A stretch of 64,000 nucleotides of DNA, taken from positions 443-64,442 of the forward strand of contig JAZUKC010000027.1 of assembly GCA_045643065.1 (NCBI GenBank), written 5' to 3'. Origin of the DNA: Prevotella sp. (GTDB taxonomy: Bacteria > Bacteroidota > Bacteroidia > Bacteroidales > Bacteroidaceae). Under the pieces are notes generated by a model that saw only the letters and a list, made by a program, of their open reading frames with translations, searched no databases and was not told the origin of the DNA. Positions 1 to 8,621 of the stretch are shown piece by piece. Numbering within the stretch: position 1 is the stretch's first letter; each line of letters begins with the position of its first letter. The position numbers were made by a program, and so were the translations under genes.

Positions 1-193
1 TGTTTGTTTCATCCGTAACCCTTGCAACAAATTTCTTCAACTGGTCAATCGCATTTGAGTTTTTATTCCAGTACTGGAAGTTGCCATCCTTACCTACCCT
101 TATCTTTGCAAGGTCTTCACGTGTTGTCTGAGCCATTAAAGACATTGGTATCAAAGCCAATACCAAGAGAACGGTTCTTATTCTTTTCATCAT
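1..193 (-). CDS. 5' part of a secreted protein running off the window edge; probably an exported HAD-like hydrolase/acid phosphatase
   Basis: Manual translation MMKRIRTVLLVLALIPMSLMAQTTREDLAKIRVGKDGNFQYWNKNSNAIDQLKKFVARVTDETN. It has a signal peptide and a WN...FVARVT segment typical of the N-terminus of exported HAD-like phosphatases. Not in the ORF track because it is truncated. Confidence 0.6.
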   Translation of the reverse strand, partial: MMKRIRTVLLVLALIPMSLMAQTTREDLAKIRVGKDGNFQYWNKNSNAIDQLKKFVARVTDETN

Positions 194-401
194 ATTCAAA
201 ATGTTTTTTTTTATCTTAGTGTAATTTTGTTAAACCAATATATTCTACTCCTAATTTATCAGAGCCATTATAGTACTCGCAAGCAATAACACTTCAGCAG
301 AGAAACCACTGATACTACTGTCGAGAAGAGGAAGGAAACCTACCTTGTTGATAAGTTCCAGCATGCCTGTAGCAGAATATATTTCTGAGGATATCATAAT
401 G

Positions 402-677
402 TTAGTATTTCCAATAAACATAGACTAGCAGGGTAAACTGCAATAAGAATATCACAGGCACACCTAATTTGAACTTCCAGTGCTTTGTCTTGTGTCTGAA
501 TAGCATCATGCCGCACCATGCACCAATGCTTCCACCAATGGCAGCGAGCAGGAGAAGCGTAGCCTTTGGTATGCGCCACCAACCTTTCTTCGCTTTCAAC
601 TTATCGACACCATACACAATAAATGTGATGATGTTCATAGCTATTATATAGTATATAAACAATTCTATGTAGAACAT
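402..677 (-). CDS. DUF1294 family membrane protein
   Basis: YGVDKLKAKKGWWRIPKATLLLLAAIGGSIGAW...FRHKTKH signature. Start moved to the ATG at 677 to avoid overlap with the upstream gene. Confidence 0.85.
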   Translation of the reverse strand: MFYIELFIYYIIAMNIITFIVYGVDKLKAKKGWWRIPKATLLLLAAIGGSIGAWCGMMLFRHKTKHWKFKLGVPVIFLLQFTLLVYVYWKY

Positions 678-681
678 ATCT

Positions 682-978
682 TTATGGTTTTGCGTAAACA
701 GGAATAAGCGTATCATCATTCGGCCAGTGTGGCTGGTAGAAAAGGGGACGTGGCTTTCCTCCAAGAGCCCCCCACTCTATCACTCTGACATAATCAAAGT
801 CTGGTGGTCCGAAATCAAATGAGCGTCCATAAAGGACGATAGCCCCACGCCCCTCATCAATAGTCCATAGTCCACCGCCATACACGCATTTCTCTCCATG
901 TTTCAGGAGATCACGATGCAGATAGACCCTACCAAAGTGTAGATGTCCGTCACCTGTTATTATGAATTTCTGATACAT
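682..978 (-). CDS. hypothetical protein
   Basis: 98-aa ORF tightly packed in a minus-strand gene run; no recognisable motif. Confidence 0.7.
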   Translation of the reverse strand: MYQKFIITGDGHLHFGRVYLHRDLLKHGEKCVYGGGLWTIDEGRGAIVLYGRSFDFGPPDFDYVRVIEWGALGGKPRPLFYQPHWPNDDTLIPVYAKP

Positions 979-980
979 AG

Positions 981-1226
981 TTATAACATCTTTTCCAGTT
1001 TATCTACTGCATTAAGTATGTCTTCTGCAAAATTGGAATGATTGCGTAGGTAATCTGACCTTCCTTTGGAAATAAGTTTATATAGTTCTTCATCCATCTG
1101 ACTTACATAATCCTCAATGGCATATTCTATGTCATCCTTCTGCCAGTCAAGCGTAGAGTATTGATAGATACGTTGTTTCTGGTGGAAGAACGCGTATGCT
1201 GACTCTATAGCGAATTTACTTATCAT
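981..1226 (-). CDS. hypothetical protein, paralog of 10144..10389
   Basis: MISKFAIESAYAFFHQKQRIYQYSTLDWQKDDIEYAIEDY is nearly identical to the second copy. Start set by homology. Confidence 0.8.
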   Translation of the reverse strand: MISKFAIESAYAFFHQKQRIYQYSTLDWQKDDIEYAIEDYVSQMDEELYKLISKGRSDYLRNHSNFAEDILNAVDKLEKML

Positions 1227-1416
1227 AACCTGCAGGTCTGAATTGAAGTTGATCCTCTGCAAACACATAATCATGCTGGAGGAGATAATCTTTCACCTCT
1301 TCCGGTTCACGGTTGAATGAGTAGCAGAGAGATTCAAGCGAGTCAAGCTCCTCATCACGGAGAAGCATGTTGATACTTGAAACGAGTATTGCTGGGTCTT
1401 GTGGTAAGTATTCCAT
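1216..1416 (-). CDS. DUF4250 family small protein, paralog of 10379..10579
   Basis: LPQDPAILVSSINMLLRDEE.DSLESLC pattern. Start set at MEYLPQD by homology with the second copy. Confidence 0.85.
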   Translation of the reverse strand: MEYLPQDPAILVSSINMLLRDEELDSLESLCYSFNREPEEVKDYLLQHDYVFAEDQLQFRPAGYDK

Positions 1417-1418
1417 GC

Positions 1419-1715
1419 TTACATAAAGTTTGAAACAATTACATTCAAATCTGTCAGAGACATTGCTCCGCTTTGCCGCCATAACTGCTGACCTTTACGG
1501 AATAGCATCATAGTAGGCACAGACTGAATATTATAATGTATAGCTATTGACTGATGCTTGTCTATATCAACTTTTATGATGCGAATTTTGTCACCAAGGT
1601 TTGCCTTCAGTTTCTCCAATACAGGGTGCATCATCTTACATGGCTGACACCATGTAGCAAAGAAATCAACCAAAACGAGTGTTTCACCAGATATAACGTC
1701 TTCAAATCTTTCCAT
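1419..1715 (-). CDS. trxA: thioredoxin
   Basis: VLVDFFATWCQPCK active site and SVPT cis-Pro loop; 98 aa. Confidence 0.92.
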   Translation of the reverse strand: MERFEDVISGETLVLVDFFATWCQPCKMMHPVLEKLKANLGDKIRIIKVDIDKHQSIAIHYNIQSVPTMMLFRKGQQLWRQSGAMSLTDLNVIVSNFM

Positions 1716-1736
1716 TTTTGTCTGATTTATTCATTA

Positions 1737-2813
1737 TCAATTATCATCATCACTCTCTAATCTTCTGAGAGCGAGATGATGTCCTACATTTGCTGCTTTA
1801 TGGTAATACTCCATTGCTTTTTGTACGTCAGGTTCTGTCACCCATCCTTCTTCATAGGATTGTCCTATCCTGTACCAGGAATATGGATCGGTGGATTGTC
1901 TGTATGCATCGAGTGCAAGAGCAAGGTCACTCTCTATGCAATCAAGTCCTCTGCGATAAATATCACCAAGACTTGTAGGAGCATAGAGCGTATCACCCTG
2001 TTTTATAGCTTCTTTGAACCAACAAACGGCTTCTTCTGCATTGCGAGGCACGCCGATGCCATATTCATAGATTGTGCCAATGTCATTTAGTACGACTCCA
2101 TCAAACTGTTCTTCATTCCGGTATCTCTCGGCAATGGACAACAATAGTTTCACATCTTCTGCAGAATAGCTCTCAGTTGTTTCAGAACCGTCTGTCTGCC
2201 ATGAAAGAACCGTGCCGATTGAAACATGCTGTGGCACATCCACCATCATTTCCTCTGTCTCATTATCCGTGATACCATCATCATCAGGAAGAAGATTATT
2301 TCTCAGAAGATAGGTTATGTAGCCATATATGCGTGGGGTGGAAGAATATATTGTAACACCATAATGATTTAGTATTTTCTCTGTAATGCACTGTGGTGTG
2401 TCTGGTATAGGGAGTGAGATGTAATGACCATGCCCCAGTTTCAGTACGCATTTGAGGTAAGCAATCTCCTCACCTATGGTATAAGCCATCCAGTCTTCAT
2501 CATATATCTGGAACACATTCTTTCCTTCAACACAATACGATTCACCAGTTAAGTAAGAACAGAGAGTATCAAGGAGATAAGGGAAGAACCTGTAGTCGTC
2601 GTACGAGGCAAGCATGTCCATTGAAAGGATATATTGGTCGCCTGTTCTTTCAACGAGAAACAACGTTGTTGACAGTTTGTCACGATAGAATCCCCATACC
2701 TCTGATTCTTCATCAGGAGACATGGCAAGAACAAGATCTTCTATTCCGAGGAGTTCCTTAAACTCTTCGAAATCAAGACGTTCTTTTGATTCTATGGTTT
2801 CTTGTACAAGCAT
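1737..2813 (-). CDS. Sel1-like repeat protein with an acidic N-terminal domain of unknown function
   Basis: C-terminal Sel1 repeats: IGTIYEYGIGVPRNAEEAVCWFKEA, LGDIYRRG, IGQSYEEGWVTEPDVQKAMEYYHKAA. Confidence 0.85.
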   Translation of the reverse strand: MLVQETIESKERLDFEEFKELLGIEDLVLAMSPDEESEVWGFYRDKLSTTLFLVERTGDQYILSMDMLASYDDYRFFPYLLDTLCSYLTGESYCVEGKNVFQIYDEDWMAYTIGEEIAYLKCVLKLGHGHYISLPIPDTPQCITEKILNHYGVTIYSSTPRIYGYITYLLRNNLLPDDDGITDNETEEMMVDVPQHVSIGTVLSWQTDGSETTESYSAEDVKLLLSIAERYRNEEQFDGVVLNDIGTIYEYGIGVPRNAEEAVCWFKEAIKQGDTLYAPTSLGDIYRRGLDCIESDLALALDAYRQSTDPYSWYRIGQSYEEGWVTEPDVQKAMEYYHKAANVGHHLALRRLESDDDN

Positions 2814-2827
2814 TGTTAATATGTTTC

Positions 2828-3475
2828 TTAAAAAGTATTCTTACAAGATAACACCTCGCAGAAGTTGTCTATTATGAAGTTTGGCTGAGCAGTCATGAGT
2901 CTGTCCCGGGTGTGATTGCCGTATGTAACGGCACATGTCCAGCAATGTGCCTTATTACCCATTTCTATGTCGAATGTCGTATCGCCGATGACCATAGTCT
3001 CACTTTCGCTGATACCCATTTCTTCCAGAACTCCAAGAACCATGTCAGGAGCTGGCTTTGGGGCATAGCCATCAGATGCAGAAGCCAGAAGGTCAAAATA
3101 CTCAAGTACACCATGACGCTTCATTATCTCTGTCAGCGAATGCTTATTCCTTGATGTAGCAATGGCAAGGCGTTTACCTTGCTTGTGAAGCTCCGTCAAT
3201 GTTTCCTTTACCCCAGGAAAAAGTTCTATCTTTGACATGGCTATATCTGGGAATATACGTCTGTAGGTAGCACATAACTCAATGACTTCATCTTCGTCAG
3301 CAATACCTAATCCACGCATGCAATCATCAAGACGCAGTCCTATCACACCTTTTATGTCATCTACAGTAGGTATCTCTCTGCCATGCAGACGGTATGTTTC
3401 CTGCATGGTAGCGACAATGCCTCCTATGGTATCATCAACTGTAACGTCAAAGTCAAATATGTAATTTTTGATCAT
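2828..3475 (-). CDS. HAD-IA family hydrolase (phosphoglycolate phosphatase-like), copy 1 with altered motif I
   Basis: Motif I FDFDVTVDDT (copy 2 has DFDGTVADT), plus ATS, KPAP and IGDTTFD motifs. Confidence 0.88.
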   Translation of the reverse strand: MIKNYIFDFDVTVDDTIGGIVATMQETYRLHGREIPTVDDIKGVIGLRLDDCMRGLGIADEDEVIELCATYRRIFPDIAMSKIELFPGVKETLTELHKQGKRLAIATSRNKHSLTEIMKRHGVLEYFDLLASASDGYAPKPAPDMVLGVLEEMGISESETMVIGDTTFDIEMGNKAHCWTCAVTYGNHTRDRLMTAQPNFIIDNFCEVLSCKNTF

Positions 3476-3481
3476 TATATT

Positions 3482-4081
3482 TTATAAATGCGCTTGTCCT
3501 ATCAGAGACAGCATCTGTCTTATCAAAGGAACGTGGTATGTCTTTATCTCATCTGCCGTCGGAGTGTGAGCACCAGGAAAATGATGCGACACTTCGTAAT
3601 GTTCAAGGAACAGAGGTTCAAAGTGTGCTATTGGATCATTATCTCCGAAAATGCCCCATACAATTGCTTTACTATGTCTGTTGAACTGTACGGACTGCAA
3701 GCCTTCAAACTCCTCAATGAGGTTGTCATCGATTACGAAGTCTTGTTTGCCGTCTGATCTTGGTGACTTGTACTGATGTCGTCCCATTCTTTCCTTCAAG
3801 AACTCTGTCATAATGAAATACGGATTGCTAAGCAATACAGGTATGCCCCATAGAGCAGATGCCATCTGGGCATAGAAAGAACCACAGCTATTGCCAACAA
3901 GAAGGACTGGATCATACATGTCACAAAGTTTTAGAACATAAGCCAGAGCATCATGTGGATGCAAAGGAAGGTCTGGGGTAAGCACATTGTACTCACCCTC
4001 AAATGCTTCTTTCAATGCAATCGCTGGTACGCAACTGCCACTGGCAAAGAACCCATGCAGAAAGATAATCGTCTTCATCAT
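3482..4081 (-). CDS. YqiA/YcfP family alpha/beta esterase
   Basis: FLHGF oxyanion segment, GNSCG nucleophile elbow, D(NDP) and H(GAH) triad. Confidence 0.88.
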   Translation of the reverse strand: MMKTIIFLHGFFASGSCVPAIALKEAFEGEYNVLTPDLPLHPHDALAYVLKLCDMYDPVLLVGNSCGSFYAQMASALWGIPVLLSNPYFIMTEFLKERMGRHQYKSPRSDGKQDFVIDDNLIEEFEGLQSVQFNRHSKAIVWGIFGDNDPIAHFEPLFLEHYEVSHHFPGAHTPTADEIKTYHVPLIRQMLSLIGQAHL

Positions 4082-4110
4082 CTCATTATTTGAGCATCCT
4101 ATAGAATAAA

Positions 4111-4140
4111 AGGGATAGTCCTTGTCAAGAAACTATCCCC
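4111..4140 (-). terminator. intrinsic terminator hairpin downstream of the Hc1-like gene
   Basis: GGGATAGT...ACTATCCC stem with an A-run on its left, which reads as a U-tract on the minus strand. Confidence 0.6.
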
Positions 4141-4167
4141 ATTATCATTTTGCCAAACGAAAATCGT

Positions 4168-4341
4168 TTACTTTGCTGCCTCTAGGGAAACTTTACGGAA
4201 AGCCTTCATTGCCTTCTCAATCTCAAGGGAAGCCTTACGGGCACGAGCACCTGCAGCTTTGTTGCCATTCTCTGCCTGTGCATTAGCATCCTTAGCAAAT
4301 GCCTCATATGCTGCAGCAATCTGTTCTACCAATTCTTTCAT
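4168..4341 (-). CDS. histone H1-like Hc1 family small basic protein (57 aa)
   Basis: Manual translation MKELVEQIAAAYEAFAKDANAQAENGNKAAGARARKASLEIEKAMKAFRKVSLEAAK. GNKAAGARARKAS is the family hallmark. Below the 60-aa ORF cutoff. Confidence 0.9.
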   Translation of the reverse strand: MKELVEQIAAAYEAFAKDANAQAENGNKAAGARARKASLEIEKAMKAFRKVSLEAAK

Positions 4342-4529
4342 TTCTTTACGTTGTTTTAATTAATAATAGGCAAATTTACATCATTTCCCTGAAAAAATCA
4401 AGAAAAAAATCAATTTCTGCCCATAAATACTAATATTTTTAACTAAAAATCACTATCTTTGTACATAAATTTTACAAAGCATAAAGTTTCGATTAAAATA
4501 TATACTAAACTTTTCAGAATAAAGTTCAT

Positions 4530-4865
4530 ATGGAAAGCAATAGATTCATAAATAGCAGCGAACTCGCCTGGATGCGTGTAGGTGAAGGAATAACAAGACA
4601 TATCCTCGCATACAATGAAGATCTTATGATGGTAGAAGTAAAGTTCGAGAAAGGCATCACAGCAGATCTTCACTCACATGTCCACACTCAGGTGTCATAT
4701 ATAGCCAGTGGATCGTTCGAGTTCACTGTAAACGGTGAAAAGCAGATTGTCATACAGGGCGATAGCATTCTCAGGAAACCGAACGAACCTCACCAGTGCA
4801 GATGCATTGAAGAAGATGTTGTTATTGACACATTCACTCCAATGAGAACCGATTTCTTGCAGTAA
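4530..4865 (+). CDS. cupin domain protein (KdgF-like)
   Basis: HSHVHTQVSYIASGSFEF and PNEPH cupin motifs; DTFTPMRTDFL C-terminus typical of KdgF-like cupins. Confidence 0.85.
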   Translation: MESNRFINSSELAWMRVGEGITRHILAYNEDLMMVEVKFEKGITADLHSHVHTQVSYIASGSFEFTVNGEKQIVIQGDSILRKPNEPHQCRCIEEDVVIDTFTPMRTDFLQ

Positions 4866-4920
4866 CAGTGCCTTCAATATTTGGGAGTCCTCAGGTAAAA
4901 GATCGGATGATGAGAAGGAT

Positions 4921-5192
4921 AGGGAAGTAGCCTTCGCTGACAAAAGTGTTACTTATGACAAGTTTTTCGATGAGCTCGCCATACGCTTAGCAGTGCGACT
5001 GAATCTTGTACAGAAAAGTGATGGCTTAGTTTCACAGAACCAGGCATACAGAATGTTCGGTAGATCTGACGTTGAAAGATGGATAAAGAGTGGGAAATTA
5101 AAACCTGCAAGAATTTCGCCTGGAAAATACGATACAAGATTGTAGATTTGTGTAAACTTTCAAAAGTCAAGCAGAACTATCTTATTAAATAG
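4921..5192 (+). pseudogene. degraded small HTH/excisionase-like gene of Bacteroidales mobile elements
   Basis: The frame reads (AGG)EVAFADKSVTYDKFFDELAIRL...VSQNQAYRMFGRSDVERWIKSGKLKPARISPGK. Restoring one A in GGAAAAT (~5122-5128) continues it as IRYKIVDLCKLSKVKQNYLIK*. No ATG; AGG sits where the start is expected. Confidence 0.6.
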
Positions 5193-5194
5193 GC

Positions 5195-5236
5195 AAAAAT
5201 GACCGTTGTTACTCATGTGTACAATGGTCATTTTTT
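5195..5236 (+). terminator. intrinsic terminator
   Basis: AAAAATGACCGTTGT...ACAATGGTCATTTTTT inverted repeat with a T-tail. Confidence 0.7.
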
Positions 5237-5720
5237 CTAAAAATATGCTTTTATTCAGCGAAATGTGTAAAATTTTGATAGATTTCGCTGATTATACGAC
5301 GTTTTTGTTATTTTGGCCTCATTTGAAGCAATAACTCGTTTTTTCTGGTAAAGACAGACATATTATGAGAATTTGAGTGATTTTGCATCATAGAAATATG
5401 AGAATTTGAGTATTTCTGGTATATACGAAAGATTATGTGAAAGACAAAGACATATAGTATTCCCTGTATTCATGTTAGGACTTTTTGTAAAATAGTAAAT
5501 AATCATATTAGCGGATTTTTGCAAAATATAGTTCGTCATTTTTCGAACAAATAGGAGAATATCATAATGTGGTATCTGTTGTTTCTGTGTGTAATTTCCA
5601 CAAATAACATATAAAAAGTGTGATGTTTTACACATTTTCCATAGATACGTTTTGCGGATTGATGTTTTTTTGTTAATTTTGCGGTCGAAAGTATTATTAT
5701 ATAAAATCAGTATTAACACT

Positions 5721-7040
5721 ATGGAATTGAAACGCGATATATTGGGGGCACTTATTGCCTGGAAGACAAAACGCAAACGCAAACCTTTGCTGCTACAAGG
5801 TGCACGTCAGGTAGGCAAGTCATGGCTGCTCAGAAAATTGGGCGAGGTAGCTTTTGACAACTGCGTGGTAGTGAACATAGACCGTGAACCGACAGTAGCT
5901 GATATTTTCTCTAAGACGAAGGAACCACATCGCATTGTGGAGCAGATCGCCCTGATTAAAGGTCAGCCGATTCACCCTGAGAAGACCTTACTGGTACTGG
6001 ATGAGATACAAGATTCAGATGATGTGTTGAATGCCCTGAAGTACTTCAAGGAGGATGCACCAGAGTATGCCGTGGCGTGTGCCGGCTCACTGCTTGGTGT
6101 GGCACTTCGTAAGAAGGGGCATTCATTTCCCGTCGGTCAAGTGGATTTCATGACACTCTATCCACTTACATACGTTGAGTTTCTTGAAGCCACAGACAAG
6201 CGCTTGGCTGATATCGTGAGAACTTGGAAGGCATACGAACCGCTTCCAGAGGTTTTACGAGAAGAGTTACAGGATAAACTGAAGCTATACATGCTTGTGG
6301 GTGGAATGCCCGAAGCAGTGACTGATTGGATAGAGACAGGCGATATAACGGAAGTTGACGAGACGCTTGATAACATCCTGCGTGCCTACCCTTTAGACTT
6401 TGCAAAATATGCTACAGCTGCCGAAATCATACGAATAACACAAGTATGGAACAGTATGCAGAGGCAGTTGGCAAAGGACAACAAACGATTCAAATATGCA
6501 GATGTGCAGAAAGGAGCACGTGCCAGAGAGTATGAGACGGCTGTTGACTGGCTCTGCAAGGCAGGTTTGGTACATAAGGTATGCAACACAGAGACGGTGC
6601 GTCTTCCGCTGAAAGCATACGAGGATGAGAGTGCTTTCAAGTTGTATCTGAATGATGTTGGTTTACTCCGGCGCATGTTCAGTCTGGAGAGTAGTACGAT
6701 GATGCATGAGAACCGACTGTTTACGGAGTTCAAAGGAGTTTTGACAGAAAACTATGCGTTGATGTCAATACTTTGCCAAGGCTTTGAACCTCTCTACTGG
6801 ACATCCGGCAATCAAGCAGAAGTGGAATTCCTTATAGAGGATCACAGTCGAATCATACCTATTGAGGTAAAGTCCAAGGAAAGCATACAGGCAAAAAGCC
6901 TAAGTGAATATCGTAAGAAATATGAACCCGAACTTGCTGTACGCAGTTCATTAAAAAATCTTCAGATGCGAGACGGACTTCTTAACCTTCCACTGACATT
7001 GGTTGACCGAATGAAGGATTATATCAGCATGGGAATTTAG
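5721..7040 (+). CDS. AAA_14 ATPase with C-terminal DUF4143 (PD-(D/E)XK-like) domain
   Basis: LQGARQVGKS Walker A, LDEIQ Walker B, GGMPE, and C-terminal EVEF...IPIEVKS. Start at MELKRD (5721). Confidence 0.92.
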   Translation: MELKRDILGALIAWKTKRKRKPLLLQGARQVGKSWLLRKLGEVAFDNCVVVNIDREPTVADIFSKTKEPHRIVEQIALIKGQPIHPEKTLLVLDEIQDSDDVLNALKYFKEDAPEYAVACAGSLLGVALRKKGHSFPVGQVDFMTLYPLTYVEFLEATDKRLADIVRTWKAYEPLPEVLREELQDKLKLYMLVGGMPEAVTDWIETGDITEVDETLDNILRAYPLDFAKYATAAEIIRITQVWNSMQRQLAKDNKRFKYADVQKGARAREYETAVDWLCKAGLVHKVCNTETVRLPLKAYEDESAFKLYLNDVGLLRRMFSLESSTMMHENRLFTEFKGVLTENYALMSILCQGFEPLYWTSGNQAEVEFLIEDHSRIIPIEVKSKESIQAKSLSEYRKKYEPELAVRSSLKNLQMRDGLLNLPLTLVDRMKDYISMGI

Positions 7041-7081
7041 TTCTAGCAGAATATTTTCATATAAATGCTAAAAACATGATA

Positions 7082-7119
7082 TTGCCCCCGAGAGTTAGTT
7101 TAACTTTCGAGGGCATTTT
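7082..7119 (+). terminator. terminator-like hairpin after the ATPase gene
   Basis: TGCCCCCGAGAGTTA-GTT-TAACTTTCGAGGGCA followed by TTTT. Confidence 0.6.
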
Positions 7120-7686
7120 AATGATAGTCTTTGCGCATTTTTTTGTTGTATTTGTTGTCATGAGAAACATCAATATATAGAAAATTTGTTCTACTTATAT
7201 TACGAGTATTTCGTCTTGCGAGTGAACTCTTCGTTTTACGAGCGTTTAACAGATTTTACAAGTTACTTTGAAAAATACATGTTTTGCACATTTTTTACGT
7301 TAAATGTTTGCTTATCTCAGATATTTATAGTAATTTTGCAAATACAACGCATTTTTGCATATTTTTACACAGAAAATATGTAGATTGCACGAAATTGTGA
7401 TGCAGTTTGTTTAGTAAATTCTCATAACGAACTGATTATCAATGTCGTCTCGCTGCCGCGCAGGCTGCCGTGGAGGAATAATCACTAATATATAAAAATC
7501 AGATAATTAGGGACAAGCACTTGTTTGACAGGTGTTTGTCCCTAATCTATTTTTATGTTCATGTGTACATAATATCGACAGAATATACATATGTTTACGT
7601 GCTAAGGGGGGGATTTCCTGATTGTGAGTTAGGGATTTTCCCTTTCTGTTTAGGGAAAACTAATTTGTGGCGTTAAGTTTTTGTGT

Positions 7687-7694
7687 TAATTTTG
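7687..7694 (+). promoter_or_regulatory. Bacteroidetes housekeeping-sigma -7 element
   Basis: TAATTTTG (TAnnTTTG) about 65 nt upstream of the 7759 start. Confidence 0.55.
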
Positions 7695-7758
7695 CACCCA
7701 GAAACAAGAAAACAAAATTATTAACCGAGTTGAAAGGCTCACAAAAACAAAAACAATT

Positions 7759-8103
7759 ATGAAAACTTCTACTCTCAAGACAATGATGATCACAGGTATG
7801 ATGATCCTTGGTACAGCTACAATATTCGGTAAGACAACCACCAATGTTCACCACGACAAGATGCATAATACTCGCACAGAGGTTGTAGTAGTAACGAACC
7901 ATAGCATGTTTGACCGTCACATGCGTCCAGGTATGGATCGCCGCTTCTTCATCAACCACATGATGGAAGGTCGTCACATTTTCGGTCACAACCACGAGTG
8001 CAAGGTTTGTCATCTGACAAGACACCAGATTCACGAGATTGAGAAGGACATGCGCCACAATCATCACACTCCAACTGTCAAGCCAAATCACTTCCGTAGA
8101 TAA
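7759..8103 (+). CDS. secreted His/Met/Arg-rich small protein with a CxxCH motif
   Basis: Signal peptide MKTSTLKTMMITGMMILGTATIFG, 16 His in the ~90-aa mature part, HECKVCH. A-rich leader and its own promoter. Confidence 0.75.
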   Translation: MKTSTLKTMMITGMMILGTATIFGKTTTNVHHDKMHNTRTEVVVVTNHSMFDRHMRPGMDRRFFINHMMEGRHIFGHNHECKVCHLTRHQIHEIEKDMRHNHHTPTVKPNHFRR

Positions 8104-8248
8104 TCAAGGCAAGAACAAGTAACAACAATGACTGATATTTCCGTAGCCCTCTGGGCTACACAGTATAAAAGCCAATGATGCTGATGACGGTAGCAAGTCA
8201 AAGGTTGTTTCAATCAACAGATAATCGCCATAAACTCAACATATACTC

Positions 8249-8290
8249 AAAACGAGAGGAAATCCTTTTATCGGATGACCTCTCGTTTTT
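8249..8290. terminator. bidirectional intrinsic terminator
   Basis: AAAACGAGAGG...CCTCTCGTTTT between convergent genes. Confidence 0.75.
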
Positions 8291-8309
8291 GGTTATTCTA
8301 ATATGACGT

Positions 8310-8585
8310 TTAGAAATTGAATGATTCAATCTTCATTTCTCCACAAGCAGTAATCTGTGGTACCAGTGTCTGGAATGGAGCAGATGCTGCATGAGCATCG
8401 AGGACTTCCTGATTCTCCCATGTCTCACAGATAATGAAAACATCTTTACGTGTTCCACTCTCGAACACATCGTATGCAATGCATCCTTCTTGTTTCTGTG
8501 ACTCTGCTACTAAAGCAATGGCAGTTTCTAATGCCTGTGTATATTTACCGGGCTTTGCCTGAAAAAAGCAATTTAATCTGATCAT
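8310..8585 (-). CDS. antibiotic biosynthesis monooxygenase (ABM/YgiN-like) protein
   Basis: QEGCIAYDVFES...ETWENQEVLDAH pattern. Confidence 0.85.
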   Translation of the reverse strand: MIRLNCFFQAKPGKYTQALETAIALVAESQKQEGCIAYDVFESGTRKDVFIICETWENQEVLDAHAASAPFQTLVPQITACGEMKIESFNF

Positions 8586-8621
8586 AATTGTAGGCTATTA
8601 ATGATTATTTGTTGTATTAGT

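Noticed and set aside
5363..5782. 139-aa minus-strand ORF
   Set aside because: AT-rich intergenic composition, overlaps the ATPase start, no motif.
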